Shown here one piece after another: positions 27,733-38,583 of a stretch of 64,000 bases of DNA. The DNA comes from Arenicellales bacterium. Its GTDB lineage: Bacteria; Pseudomonadota; Gammaproteobacteria; Arenicellales; JBFEOO01. How positions within the stretch are numbered: the first letter of the stretch is position 1; each line of letters starts with the position of its first letter. The position numbers were made by a program, and so were the translations under genes. The stretch spans positions 14,017 through 78,016 of the forward strand of contig JBFEOO010000005.1 of NCBI GenBank assembly GCA_041550555.1, given 5' to 3'. Under the pieces are notes generated by a model. That model was given only the letters and a program-made list of their open reading frames with translations. It was not told the DNA's origin and did no database searches.

Positions 27733-28983
27733 CTAATGCGCCACGCCTGCCGCGCCGTGTTCGTCGATCAGAGCGCCGCTGGTGAAACGCTCGAGGCTGA
27801 ACGGCGCATTGAGCGGATGCGGGGACTCGCGGGCGATCGTATGTGCAAACACCCATCCGGAACCGGGCGTGGCCTTGAAGCCGCCCGTGCCCCATCCGCA
27901 GTTGAAATACAGGCCCTTCACCGGTGTGCTACCGATGATGGGACAGGCATCGGGACACACATCGACGATGCCGCCCCACTGGCGCAGCATGCGCACCCGG
28001 CTGAAGATGGGAAACAGCTCGATTATCGCCGCCGCATTGCCTTCGATGATGGACAGGCTGCCGCGCTGCCCATAGCCGGTGTACGCGTCTATGCCTGCCC
28101 CGATCACCAGCTCACCCTTGTCGGATTGGCTGATGTAGCCGTGAACCGCGTTCGACATCAAGACGGTGTGCAGCACGGGCCGCAGCGGCTCGGAGACGAA
28201 CGCCTGCAGCGGATGGCTCTCGATCGGCAGACGCAATCCGGCCATGGCCGCGATCACGCTGCTGTGACCCGCGGCCACCACGCCCACCTTGGCGGCTTCG
28301 ATGAACCCGCGCGTCGTCTCGACGCCCGCCACGGCGCCGTTGTGACGGCGTATTCCGGTCACCTCGCAATTCTGGATGATGTCCACACCCCGGGCATCGG
28401 CGCCGCGCGCGAAGCCCCAGGCCACGGCGTCGTGTCGGGCGACGCCGCCGCGGGGCTGGTACGACGCCCCCAGGATCGGATAGCGTGCCGTCGACGAGAT
28501 GTCGATGATCGGAATCTTCTCTTTGACCTGCTGAGCCGAGAGCACCTCGCTGTCGATGCCGTTGAGCCGGTTGGCGCTCGAACGACGATAGATGTCACGC
28601 ATGTCCTGAAGCGTGTGACCGAGGTTCAACACGCCGCGCTGGCTGAACATGACGTTGTAGTTGAGATCCTGGCTCAAACCCTCCCAAAGCTTGAGCGATT
28701 TTTCGTACAGATGTGCAGCCTCGTCCCACAGGTAATTGGAGCGGACGATGGTAGTGTTGCGGCCGGTGTTGCCCCCGCCGAGCCAGCCTTTCTCGAGCAC
28801 CGCCACATCCGTGATGCCGTGCTCCTTTGCGAGATAGTACGCCGTGGCCAGGCCGTGACCACCGCCGCCTACGATGATCACCTGGTAGCGGGGCTTCGGC
28901 TCGGGGCTGCGCCACGCCTGCGGCCAGTTCTCGTGATGGCTCAACGCGTTGCGCAGCAGGCTGAAGATCGAGTACGCCTTCAT
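27733..28983 (-). CDS. soxB: sarcosine oxidase subunit beta
   Basis: 416 aa. The FAD motif is [18 protein letters not shown], and the C-terminal region is [11 protein letters not shown]. Confidence 0.95.
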   Translation of the reverse strand: MKAYSIFSLLRNALSHHENWPQAWRSPEPKPRYQVIIVGGGGHGLATAYYLAKEHGITDVAVLEKGWLGGGNTGRNTTIVRSNYLWDEAAHLYEKSLKLWEGLSQDLNYNVMFSQRGVLNLGHTLQDMRDIYRRSSANRLNGIDSEVLSAQQVKEKIPIIDISSTARYPILGASYQPRGGVARHDAVAWGFARGADARGVDIIQNCEVTGIRRHNGAVAGVETTRGFIEAAKVGVVAAGHSSVIAAMAGLRLPIESHPLQAFVSEPLRPVLHTVLMSNAVHGYISQSDKGELVIGAGIDAYTGYGQRGSLSIIEGNAAAIIELFPIFSRVRMLRQWGGIVDVCPDACPIIGSTPVKGLYFNCGWGTGGFKATPGSGWVFAHTIARESPHPLNAPFSLERFTSGALIDEHGAAGVAH

Positions 28984-29043
28984 CGCGTCGACCCCCTGCG
29001 CTGCGCCGATGACGCACGAGCCGTCACGGCACGCGGCCGGCGC

Positions 29044-30336
29044 TCAAGCGGTGTGCGCCACAGCCGGTGCCTCGCCACCGATCGAGCGATAGACCGGGAA
29101 CCGGGCGCACAGGGCCAGCACCTTTTGCCTGACCTCCTCGATCACGGCGTCGTTGTCGAGATCGTCGAGCACGTCGCACATCCAGTGCGTCAGCTCGCGC
29201 ATCTCGGCTTCAGCAAATCCGCGCGTGGTGGCGGCCGGTGAGCCGATGCGCAGCCCGCTGGTCACAAAGGGCGATCGCGGGTCGTTGGGGACGCTGTTTT
29301 TGTTGACCGTGATGTTGGCGCGGCCGAGCGCGGCGTCGGCGTCCTTGCCGGTAATGCCCTTGTCGATCAGATCGAGCAGAAACAGGTGGTTGTCGGTGCC
29401 GCCGGACACGACTTTGTAGCCGCGCGCCTGAAACACCTCGGCCATGGCGCGCGCGTTGGCAACGACCTGCTCCTGATAGCGCTTGAAGGCAGGCGCCAGC
29501 GCCTCCTTGAAGGCGACCGCCTTCGCGGCGATCACGTGCATGAGCGGGCCGCCCTGCGTCCCCGGAAACACAAGCGAGTTGAGCTTCTTGGTGATCTCGT
29601 CGTTGGTGCGCGCCAGGATGAGCCCGCCCCGCGGTCCACGCAGCGTCTTGTGGGTCGTCGTGGTGACGACGTCGGCCACGGGCACGGGATTGGGATAGAC
29701 GCCGGTGGCGACCAAACCGGCCACGTGGGCCATGTCGACGAAAAGGTAGGCGCCGACCGCATCGGCGACGCTGCGAAAGCGCTGCCAGTCCATGACACGC
29801 GAGTAGGCGGAGAAGCCCGCCACGATCATGCGCGGGCGATGGGCTTCGGCAAGCCGCTCGACCTCGGCGTAATCCACTTCGCCGCTCGCCTCGTCGAGGC
29901 CATACTGCACGGCATGATAGAGCTTGCCGGAGAAGTTCACCTTGGCACCGTGGGTGAGGTGTCCGCCGTCGGCGAGGCTCATGCCGAGAATGGTCTCGCC
30001 GGGCTCCACCAGCGCCATGTAGACCGCCGCATTGGCCTGAGAACCCGAGTGCGGCTGGACGTTCGCGTAGTCGGCGCCAAACAGCTGCTTGGCGCGGTCG
30101 ATCGCCAGCTGCTCAGCGATGTCGACGTACTCGCAGCCCCCGTAGTAGCGCTTCCCGGGATAGCCCTCGGCGTATTTGTTGGTCAGCACCGAGCCCTGTG
30201 CCTCGAGCACCCGGGGGCTCGTGTAGTTCTCCGACGCAATCAGCTCGATGTGCTCCTCCTGGCGGCGTTCCTCGGCCTGGATTGCAGCCCAGAGCTCGGG
30301 ATCGAATTCGGCGATGGTCTCGGACGTGTCAAACAT
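29044..30336 (-). CDS. glyA: serine hydroxymethyltransferase
   Basis: 430 aa with [24 protein letters not shown] and the PLP-lysine region [14 protein letters not shown]. Confidence 0.97.
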   Translation of the reverse strand: MFDTSETIAEFDPELWAAIQAEERRQEEHIELIASENYTSPRVLEAQGSVLTNKYAEGYPGKRYYGGCEYVDIAEQLAIDRAKQLFGADYANVQPHSGSQANAAVYMALVEPGETILGMSLADGGHLTHGAKVNFSGKLYHAVQYGLDEASGEVDYAEVERLAEAHRPRMIVAGFSAYSRVMDWQRFRSVADAVGAYLFVDMAHVAGLVATGVYPNPVPVADVVTTTTHKTLRGPRGGLILARTNDEITKKLNSLVFPGTQGGPLMHVIAAKAVAFKEALAPAFKRYQEQVVANARAMAEVFQARGYKVVSGGTDNHLFLLDLIDKGITGKDADAALGRANITVNKNSVPNDPRSPFVTSGLRIGSPAATTRGFAEAEMRELTHWMCDVLDDLDNDAVIEEVRQKVLALCARFPVYRSIGGEAPAVAHTA

Positions 30337-30628
30337 CAGCTGGCAACCTCCACGATAACGGCCCTTTGATAGCGGGTTCGCTCAACGATACCCGTGCGGA
30401 TTCCCCGCCCCGACCCTGACCACCTGCACGAAGCGCGCCCGTCCAGGCGCCCCAACTGCAGGCCGGCGCCGACCGCGCGCGCAGCGCGGTGCCGGGTCCT
30501 GGCCGCGAACGCCGCGAGCTTAGCGGTGATCGCGATGCACGACATGCCGGCCGACGACGCCGATTTGCCCGACCACGACGGTCCCGAGCCGGCGACAGCC
30601 CGCCTGTGCTCGGCTTGCGGACAGGACG

Positions 30629-31477
30629 CTAGGCCCTGATCCCGCGCAACCGCTCCGATCGACGGCGCAAAAGCTCTACCGCCGTGAGCAGCATGATCGA
30701 GACGACCACCAGCAGCGTCGCCACGGCGAGGATGGTCGGGCTAATCTGCTCGCGAATACCGGAGAACATCTGCCAGGGGATGGTGCGCTGCTCGAAGCTG
30801 CCGACGAACAGCACGACGACCACCTCGTCGAAGGAGGTGATGAATGCGAACAGCGCCCCCGAAATGACGCCCGGCAGGATCAGCGGCACGATCACCTTGA
30901 AGAACGTTCGCACCGGTGACGCGCCGAGCATCGCCGCCGCTCTGATGAGGCTCTGGTCAAAACCGGTGAGCGTGGCCGTGACGGTTATCACCACGAACGG
31001 CGTGCCGAGCGCGGCGTGGGCCAGGATGACGCCCAGATGCGTCGAGGCCAGGCCGATCTTGGTGTAGAAGAAATACATACCGGCCGCGGAGATGATCAGC
31101 GGCACGATCATCGGGGAGATGAGCACCCCCATGACCAGCGCCTTTTTCGGCATCTCCGCCCGGCTCAGACCAAGGGCGGCGACGGTGCCCAGGGTGGTCG
31201 CAATGATCGTGGCGAACACGGCGATAAAAAAGCTGTTCCTGACGGCGCCCTGCCAGTTGAGGTTCGTGAAGAAGTCTTCGTACCACTTGAGCGAGTAGCC
31301 GGCGGGATCGAACGACAACATCTCCGGCGTAAACGTGAAGAAGGGCACCGCATTGAACGAGAGCGGAATGATGACGACGATGGGCGCGATGAGAAAGATG
31401 AAGATCAGACCGCAAATGATGCGAAAGGTGTAATACCAGACGCGTTCGAGAGGCGAGGCGTACAGCGGCGGCGCCAT
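30629..31477 (-). CDS. ABC importer permease (PotC-like)
   Basis: 282 aa with 6 TM segments. The EAA-loop region reads LIRAAAMLGASPVRTFFKVIVPL. Confidence 0.9.
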   Translation of the reverse strand: MAPPLYASPLERVWYYTFRIICGLIFIFLIAPIVVIIPLSFNAVPFFTFTPEMLSFDPAGYSLKWYEDFFTNLNWQGAVRNSFFIAVFATIIATTLGTVAALGLSRAEMPKKALVMGVLISPMIVPLIISAAGMYFFYTKIGLASTHLGVILAHAALGTPFVVITVTATLTGFDQSLIRAAAMLGASPVRTFFKVIVPLILPGVISGALFAFITSFDEVVVVLFVGSFEQRTIPWQMFSGIREQISPTILAVATLLVVVSIMLLTAVELLRRRSERLRGIRA

Positions 31478-31480
31478 GTC

Positions 31481-32752
31481 TCAGCCCAACTTCATGTTGT
31501 CGACGCCGACAATCTTGTCGTAGAGCAGATACAGCGCCAGCACGAGTCCGAGCAGGATGGTGCCCAGCGCGGCGGCAAGGCCCCAGTTGAGCGACGTCGA
31601 CATGTGGTAGGCGATGAAGTTGCTGATCAGCGTGCCGGTCGTGCCGCCGACCAGGGCCGGCGTGATGTAGTAACCGATAGCAAGAATGAAAACGAGGATG
31701 CTGCCGGCGCCGATGCCGGGAACCGTGTTCGGCAAATAGACGCGGACGAACGCTACCAGCGGGTTGGCGCCGAGCGAGCGGGCCGCGCGCAGGTAGCTCG
31801 GTGGGATCGTCTTCATTACGCTGAACAACGGCAACACCATGAACGGCAGCAGAATGTGCGTCATGGCAATGATGGTTCCGGTGCGGTTGTGGATCATGGC
31901 GAGCCGATTGTCGTCACCGATCAGGCCGACCCCGACCAAGAGATCGTTGATCACGCCCTCCTGCTGCAACAGCGCAATCCACGCCGTCGTGCGCACCAGC
32001 AGCGACGTCCAGAACGGCAGCAGCACGAGGATCAAGAGCAGGTTGCTTTTGCTGGTCGGCAGCGTCGACAGCAGATAGGAGATCGGGTAGGCCAGGATGA
32101 GGCAGACGACGGTTATCAGTGCGCTCATCCACAGTGTTCGCCAGAACAGCTTGAGGTAGATTCGCTTGTCGCTGGACAACAGCATCGGCGACCCTTCGGC
32201 GTCGTAGCCGACGTCGACGGCCGACAGGTAGTACGAGGCGGTGTACGCTCCGATCTCGCGCTTGAGCACACGCCAGTACTCGAGCGAACCCCAGTCCTTG
32301 TCCGCCTTGATGAATGCCTCCTTGTAGGGCGGCTTCATGCGCCCCGCTTTGCGACCCGTGGCGCGAAACAGCCCGGAGAAACCGCTCTTCTCGTAATTCA
32401 GCCGCAGCCCCACCTTGCCGATGGTCTTGTCTTTGTATCCCGCGACGAAATCCTCGTGCAGGGCGACGAACACCTCTTCGCTCGGCAGCTCACCGGCGCT
32501 GTCGTCCCACGCAGCGATGAGCGGCGCAGATTTCTGCAGCACTTCCCCGACCAATTGGTTCTCCACGCTGCGGAACAGCATGTCGAAGATGGGGATGAAG
32601 AACGTGACCAGGATGAACGCGAACAGCGGCGCGACGAGCATGATCGCACGCCAGCGCGCGCGCCGATTGGCGCGCGCCAGGCTGATTTTCAGCGGTGTAC
32701 CGTCCGCCGTCGTCATGGCAACGGGGACGGCCTCGCTCACTGCCTGCGCCAT
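31481..32752 (-). CDS. ABC importer permease (PotB-like, long periplasmic/N-terminal insert)
   Basis: 423 aa. The EAA loop reads YLRAARSLGANPLVAFVRVYLP. It lies 3 nt upstream of the PotC-like gene. Confidence 0.9.
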   Translation of the reverse strand: MAQAVSEAVPVAMTTADGTPLKISLARANRRARWRAIMLVAPLFAFILVTFFIPIFDMLFRSVENQLVGEVLQKSAPLIAAWDDSAGELPSEEVFVALHEDFVAGYKDKTIGKVGLRLNYEKSGFSGLFRATGRKAGRMKPPYKEAFIKADKDWGSLEYWRVLKREIGAYTASYYLSAVDVGYDAEGSPMLLSSDKRIYLKLFWRTLWMSALITVVCLILAYPISYLLSTLPTSKSNLLLILVLLPFWTSLLVRTTAWIALLQQEGVINDLLVGVGLIGDDNRLAMIHNRTGTIIAMTHILLPFMVLPLFSVMKTIPPSYLRAARSLGANPLVAFVRVYLPNTVPGIGAGSILVFILAIGYYITPALVGGTTGTLISNFIAYHMSTSLNWGLAAALGTILLGLVLALYLLYDKIVGVDNMKLG

Positions 32753-32858
32753 GGGAAGTCCGTCTGCGGAATCATCCGCGATGTGCTCCGCGCTCGCCGC
32801 TTCCGCGGCATGCTCAGCGGGGCGGCCGCCCCGGCCGCCCCGCCCTCCGAGACAGCCG

Positions 32859-33956
32859 CTACTGGGCCAGCCAGGCCTGGAACCGCTCGTTCATGTCGTC
32901 GAGGTTATCCGCCCACCACTCGAAGTTGTACAGCAGCGTGTGCTTGGCGTTGTTCGGATCCGTCGGCATGTGCGGCGCCATGTCGATGCCGAGCTCGGCG
33001 TGCTTGCCCACCATCGGCGCCGATGACTTGCGCGCCGGGCCGTAGGAGATGTACTTGGCCTGGTCCGCCAGCCGCTGGGTGTCGCTCGAGAACGTGAGAA
33101 GCTTCATGGCCTCCTCGCGATGCGGCCCCCCGGTCGGGAGAATCCAGCCGTCGAGGTCGAACACCTGCCAGTCCCACATCATGCCGATGGGCTGCTTCTC
33201 CTCCTCGATGACGGAGAACAACCGGCCGTTGTAGGTCGAGCCCATGACCACCTCGCCGTCGGCCAAGAGCTGCGGGGTCTGCGCACCCTTCTCCCACCAC
33301 ACCACCTGATCCTTGATGGTGTCAAGCTTGGCGAACGCGCGCGCGACGCCCTCCTCGGTGTCGAGCACGTCGTAGATCTCTTCGGCGGGCACGCCGTCGG
33401 CCAGCAGCGCCCACTCCATGTTGTTGATGGGGCGCCGTTCGAGCGAGCGCTTGCCGGGGATCTTCTCGAGGTCGAAGACGTCGGCAATCGACGTCGGCGG
33501 CGTTTTGACCAGATCCGTCCGGTAGCCAAAGGTCGTCGAGTACACGATCAGCGGAACGAAGCACTCCGAGACGACAAGGTCGCCGAAATCCTCCGAGGCC
33601 GACGTGCCGTCGGGGGCCGAAGGAAGCATCGCATCGTGATCGATCGGCTCGGCGAGCCCCTCGTCGCAGAGGCGGATCGCGTCGGCGGCGACCACGTCGA
33701 CCAGCGCCCAAGTCACGTTACCGGCCTCGTTCATGGCCCTGAGCTTGGCGACCGCCTCGTTCGAGGAGTCGTCGTTGATGATCTTCACGTCGGGGTGTGC
33801 CTGCATGTACGGATCGTGGTAGGCCTTCTGCTGGCTCGCCGAGTAAGCGCCGCCCCAGGACACCACCACCAAGTCGACCGCGTTGGCGACACCCGCGCCG
33901 CCTATCCCGACGGCCACCGCTGCTGCTAAGGCCGTTTTTCTAGCTGATATGCTCAT
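32859..33956 (-). CDS. periplasmic substrate-binding protein (PotD/PotF family)
   Basis: The signal peptide is MSISARKTALAAAVAVGIGGAGVANA, and the family-1 SBP fold pattern includes VVSWGGAY. Confidence 0.85.
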   Translation of the reverse strand: MSISARKTALAAAVAVGIGGAGVANAVDLVVVSWGGAYSASQQKAYHDPYMQAHPDVKIINDDSSNEAVAKLRAMNEAGNVTWALVDVVAADAIRLCDEGLAEPIDHDAMLPSAPDGTSASEDFGDLVVSECFVPLIVYSTTFGYRTDLVKTPPTSIADVFDLEKIPGKRSLERRPINNMEWALLADGVPAEEIYDVLDTEEGVARAFAKLDTIKDQVVWWEKGAQTPQLLADGEVVMGSTYNGRLFSVIEEEKQPIGMMWDWQVFDLDGWILPTGGPHREEAMKLLTFSSDTQRLADQAKYISYGPARKSSAPMVGKHAELGIDMAPHMPTDPNNAKHTLLYNFEWWADNLDDMNERFQAWLAQ

Positions 33957-34060
33957 GTCGAGAACGTCTCCTCCTGTTAAGAGCTGTAAAGAGTGTTGCA
34001 AGCCGGCCGGGCCGGCCTATATCGGCTCCGGGTCCGGTGCCGCCGCGCGTCCCATGCAGG

Positions 34061-35170
34061 CTACTGCCGCGCGGTGGAAGGCGCATCCAGGGCCCGACAG
34101 TCCTCCGCCTGCCAAGCGACGCAGATAGCTTCGCGCGGCCGCAGCCGGCCGTGCCCCGACGAGTTCGGCACCTTGACAATGAAATTCGTATCGCCCAGCA
34201 CATTGAGCCGCGTGCGGATATGGTCGCCAAGATAGATGACCTCTTCGACCATGGCCTCGAACTCGTTCGGGAAAGCTCCGGGCTCGGGGTCGATGGCGAC
34301 CCGCTCGGGGCGCAGCGACAGGGTCGTGGGCCCGCCGACCGCGCCGATATTGACCGGAAAGGCCTTCACCGTTTGCCCATTGACGTCGACGACGCACTGT
34401 GCGCCGTTGCGCTCCCGGATCTCACCGAGCAGGGTGTTGTTCTCGCCGATGAACTGGGCCACGAAGGCGTTCTGCGGCTGCTCGTAGAGAACATCGGGGG
34501 ACGCCAGCTGCTGAATGACGCCGTCGTTGAACACCGCAACGCGGTTGGACATCGTCAGCGCCTCGCTCTGGTCATGGGTCACGTAGACGACCGTCACCTC
34601 GAGATTCTCGTGGATATGCTTGATCTCGTACTGCATCTGCTCACGGAGCTGCTTGTCGAGCGCGCCCAGCGGCTCATCCATGAGCACCAGCTTGGGCTCG
34701 AAGACGAGCGCCCTGGCGACGGCCACGCGCTGCTGCTGCCCGCCGGAGAGCTGCGCCGGCCGCCGCGCACCGAAATCCGCCAGCTGGACCATCTCGAGCG
34801 CCTTGCGCACTCGCTCGGCGACCTCGCTCTGTGGCTGCTTGCGCACCTCGAGCGGAAAGGCAAGGTTCTCCGCGACCGTCATATGCGGAAACAGCGCGTA
34901 GTTCTGGAACACCATGCCGATGTCACGGCGATGCGGCGGCACGTTGTTGATGGGGCGGCCGTCAAGATAGATCTCGCCGTGGGTAGCCGGCTCGAATCCC
35001 GCGAGCATCATCAAACACGTGGTCTTGCCCGACCCGGACGGACCCAGCATGGTCAGGAACTCGCCGCGCTTGATATCGAGATTCAGCCCCTCGACAACCA
35101 GCGTCTCGCCGTCGTAGCTCTTCTGGACGTCGACGAATTGAACGTAGTGCTCTGTGCCAGTGTCTGCCAT
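34061..35170 (-). CDS. ABC transporter ATP-binding protein (PotA-like)
   Basis: Walker A GPSGSGKTT, signature LSGGQQQR and Walker B LVLMDEP are present. The start is taken at MADTGTEHYV (35170). Confidence 0.9.
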   Translation of the reverse strand: MADTGTEHYVQFVDVQKSYDGETLVVEGLNLDIKRGEFLTMLGPSGSGKTTCLMMLAGFEPATHGEIYLDGRPINNVPPHRRDIGMVFQNYALFPHMTVAENLAFPLEVRKQPQSEVAERVRKALEMVQLADFGARRPAQLSGGQQQRVAVARALVFEPKLVLMDEPLGALDKQLREQMQYEIKHIHENLEVTVVYVTHDQSEALTMSNRVAVFNDGVIQQLASPDVLYEQPQNAFVAQFIGENNTLLGEIRERNGAQCVVDVNGQTVKAFPVNIGAVGGPTTLSLRPERVAIDPEPGAFPNEFEAMVEEVIYLGDHIRTRLNVLGDTNFIVKVPNSSGHGRLRPREAICVAWQAEDCRALDAPSTARQ

Positions 35171-35988
35171 GGAAATCTGATCCGTATGCGCGACCGCAGA
35201 GGGAAACGCTCTGCTTCCCGCTCCGCCAACGCCGCGCACCCCCACCGGGTCGCAGCTTAGATTTTATTGCTCGTCAGACCAGTACTCTATCGGAATTCGC
35301 GTAGATGTTTCAAACGATAAGACACTCCTCGCGGCACGCGCCGCGCTTTGCCTCCGCGTCCAACAGCGCGCCATTTGGCGAGATCGGCCTGATCCGCGAC
35401 GCTGCCGCGAGCGGCGCCGAAGCGGGCCGAACCGACCGCGTTCGGGTCGTCACAGCCCGTGTTCCTGCAGCGCTCCATCGCCGAGCGTTGGCGATCCCGG
35501 CGACCACCGCGAGGCCCACCGAGCTACCGCGCCCACTGCCGGGCCCCGACAGAGCACCTGCAGTGCGTCTCGGCACGGGGCGCAGGCGCCGCGGAGGACG
35601 TGCAATTCGGCGTGAGTGTGCAATACTTCTAGTGATGTCCAGAAGAAGCGAGCAATCGCCGAATAAGAACATGTATGACGACGTGTCTGAGTCATCGCAG
35701 AGGTTTGAGCGGGGCGGCGCATAGCTCCTGATGAGGAGGAGCGCGTCAGGCGCTTCGTTTACTCATCGATACCGGCACCGGCATTTCCGGGTCCCGCGCG
35801 CCGCCGGCGGCGACCGGCTCATTCAGCGTCACAGCACGAGCACAAAATAACAACGGCGCAGCCGACGAAGGACATCAAAGCGCTTTACGGGACAACAGCA
35901 ACGACAATTACCGCAGCAGTTACCGCAGCGGAGAGGATGGGCCGACCCACTAACAGCGGTCGGCGGCAGTCGAGGGGATGACCGAACG

Positions 35989-38583
35989 GTGGACGGGTGC
36001 CGCGAGTTCGAGCCGCTACGCGATCACGCGCTGAAGATCGCGGCAGCTTGCGCGACCATCGGCCTGCTCTGGGTACTGGCGACGGACTTCATCTCCGCCG
36101 CGCTGCGACAGGGCGGACCCTGGTCGCAGGCCTTGATCGACTCAATGAGCACTATCTATCTGCTGACGACGACGCTCGTCGTCTACGGAATGGTCTGGTC
36201 CTATCTGCACCATCTCGGGAAGATCGGCGGTCGAGACCGTAAGACAGCCGGCTCCGACGACGATTCAACGAACTCGTCTGCGCAGACGGCGCTACGGCGT
36301 CATGCGCTGGGCATCGCCGTTGCGTACACCGTTCTCGGCTATGCGTGGATTCTGCTCCCCGATGCCGTGATCACGGCAACCGGCCTCAGCGACTGGATCG
36401 ACGTCACGGGTCGCTCTCGTCTGGCGATGTTCATACTGCTTGCCACGTGCGTCATATACCTGTGGGCACGCGCCCACGCAGCACGGGTCGGCCAGGCACA
36501 GCGGACGCTGGCCGGCCGCTTGGGCGGCCTCGGGCACATCGTCGACCTGCTGCCCCAGCAGATCTTCGTCAGGGACGCCGATGGACGCTATCTGCTCCGC
36601 AACGAGGCCTTCTTGCGCGGTCGTGGGACGGGCGTCGAGCAATCAGACGACGACCAGCCCCAGGCAGTGGCGCCGAGCCCCGCTGACGGCACTCCGCTTC
36701 TCCTCGAGGAGCGACTGCTCCTGGCAGCACCGTCGGGAGCCCTGACGACGGACGAGGTGACCGTCGATGGCCGGGGCCGTCGCCGCGTCTTGCAGACCAC
36801 ACGCGTAGCGATCACCGGTTCCGGGGTCGGCTCGCCCGTTATCCTGGGTCTCTCCATCGATGTTACCGACAGCAGGCGGACGGAGGAGGCGCTACGCCAC
36901 GAGAAAGAACGCGCCGAGGTCACGCTGCACTCGATATCCGATGCCGTCATCACCACCGGAGAGAGCGGCACCATCGACTATATCAATCCGACCGCAGAGA
37001 AGCTCACCCGATGGCCTCTCGACGAAGCCCGTGGCCGAGCGCTGCCTGATGTCCTCAACGTCATAGACGGGCAAACCCGCCGGACGGTGCCGGATTTGTT
37101 CCTCGACGCCGTCGAGGAGCGTCTCGCACATCGCCATCGCGACCGCCTTGTTCTCGTCGACCGTCGCGGTCAGGAGCACGCCATCGAGATGTCGGCCTCC
37201 GCGATTCGCGAAGCTGACGATACTGTCGGCGGCGCCGTTATCGTATTCCGAGACGTCACCGATTCGCGGCGCATGGCGCGACGCATGAGCTACCTTGCTA
37301 GCCACGATCCGCTCACCGGGTTGCTGAACCGCCGCGAGCTCGAGCGGCGCCTCAAGCGTGCCGTGCTCGACGCGCAGCACAACGATACCCGACACGTGCT
37401 GTGCTACATCGACCTCGATCAGTTCAAGCTCGTCAACGACGCTGCGGGGCACATCGCGGGAGACGCGTTGCTCAGAGAGCTCGCCACGCGACTCGGCCGC
37501 ACGCTGCCTTCACATCATGCGTTCGCGCGTCTCGGCGGCGACGAGTTCAGCCTGCTGCTGGAGAATTGCGCGCTGGAGCACGCCATCGACATCGCGCAGG
37601 GGCTGGTCGAGAGCGTGGCGGACTACCGCTTCGTGTGGGAGGGACGCAGCTTCGCGGTCAGCGCCAGCGTAGGCCTCGTTCCCATTACCGGAGCGACGCC
37701 GAACTTCGTCCAAATCCTCAGCCATGGCGACATCGCGTGCTACACCGCTAAGAACCGCGGCCGCAACCGCATCCACGTTTATCGGCCGGACGATCGGCGG
37801 CACCCGAAGCGGTTGGCGCCCAGCGCACGTTTCACCGACGCATTCAACGAGAAGCGCTTCTCGCTCCATGGGCAACCGATCTTCCGCCTTGCCGCCGGCC
37901 CGGCGACCCCCTGCATGATCGAGATACTGCTGCGGATGGTCGACGACCGCGGTGAGCTGGTCCCCGCGGGCGAGTTCCTGCCCGCCGCGGAGCGCTACGG
38001 GCTTACGCACACCATCGACAGATGGGTCATACGCACTGCGCTGCGCCGGTTCTTTCGCCATGCAGCCGAATTCAGCGGCGTCGACATATCCATCAATGTC
38101 TCGGCCGACTCCTTGAACAACGACCATCTCGCACACTTCGTCCGGAGCGAGCTGGCGCGCGGCGACATACCTGCCGAGCGCATCTGTTTCGAGATACCGG
38201 AGAAGGCGGCAGCCAACATAGATCGCGCGATCCGTTTCGCCGACATGATCAAGAACCTCGGCGCTCGCCTGGCCCTCGACGGCACGGGCAGCGCCTTGTC
38301 GTCGCTGGATCTTCTCAGGCAACTCCCTTGCGACTATCTGAAGATCGACGCGAACGTCGTCGGCGCGCTGGCGTCGGACCGGATCGACCAAGCCATCGTC
38401 GAAGCCGTCAACCACGTTGGCCACCTCATGGGCGTCGAGCTCATTGCCGAGGGCGTCGACGACGCCAGCGTCGTCGAGCGGTTGCGCGGCATCGGCTTCG
38501 ACATGGCGCAGGGAGCCTATCTCGGTGCAGTCGAGCCGCTCGAGGAGGTCGCCGCGCGTCTCGACGCTCAGCGCCCGAGCTAG
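35989..38583 (+). CDS. membrane-anchored PAS-GGDEF-EAL cyclic-di-GMP signalling protein
   Basis: 864 aa. The order is an N-terminal 4-TM region, a PAS domain (SGTIDYINPTAEKLT), GGDEF (RLGGDEFSLLL), then an EAL domain (EILLRM, DYLKID, AEGVD, QG). Confidence 0.9.
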   Translation: MDGCREFEPLRDHALKIAAACATIGLLWVLATDFISAALRQGGPWSQALIDSMSTIYLLTTTLVVYGMVWSYLHHLGKIGGRDRKTAGSDDDSTNSSAQTALRRHALGIAVAYTVLGYAWILLPDAVITATGLSDWIDVTGRSRLAMFILLATCVIYLWARAHAARVGQAQRTLAGRLGGLGHIVDLLPQQIFVRDADGRYLLRNEAFLRGRGTGVEQSDDDQPQAVAPSPADGTPLLLEERLLLAAPSGALTTDEVTVDGRGRRRVLQTTRVAITGSGVGSPVILGLSIDVTDSRRTEEALRHEKERAEVTLHSISDAVITTGESGTIDYINPTAEKLTRWPLDEARGRALPDVLNVIDGQTRRTVPDLFLDAVEERLAHRHRDRLVLVDRRGQEHAIEMSASAIREADDTVGGAVIVFRDVTDSRRMARRMSYLASHDPLTGLLNRRELERRLKRAVLDAQHNDTRHVLCYIDLDQFKLVNDAAGHIAGDALLRELATRLGRTLPSHHAFARLGGDEFSLLLENCALEHAIDIAQGLVESVADYRFVWEGRSFAVSASVGLVPITGATPNFVQILSHGDIACYTAKNRGRNRIHVYRPDDRRHPKRLAPSARFTDAFNEKRFSLHGQPIFRLAAGPATPCMIEILLRMVDDRGELVPAGEFLPAAERYGLTHTIDRWVIRTALRRFFRHAAEFSGVDISINVSADSLNNDHLAHFVRSELARGDIPAERICFEIPEKAAANIDRAIRFADMIKNLGARLALDGTGSALSSLDLLRQLPCDYLKIDANVVGALASDRIDQAIVEAVNHVGHLMGVELIAEGVDDASVVERLRGIGFDMAQGAYLGAVEPLEEVAARLDAQRPS

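Noticed and set aside
30337-30628. ZTP (pfl) or THF riboswitch upstream of glyA, with the folD leader also checked
   Set aside because: The conserved GACUGGCG and CCGCCUGGGC boxes of the ZTP motif are absent. Only GCGCCUGGAC occurs, and no THF-like core was recognised. The hairpins right after the permease stop look like an ordinary terminator or processing structure.
35305-35724. 139-aa ORF (and overlapping minus-strand ORFs) in the long intergenic region
   Set aside because: It has no ribosome-binding site, an Arg/Ala-rich composition and no motifs. Competing ORFs of similar length exist on both strands, which is characteristic of non-coding GC-rich DNA.
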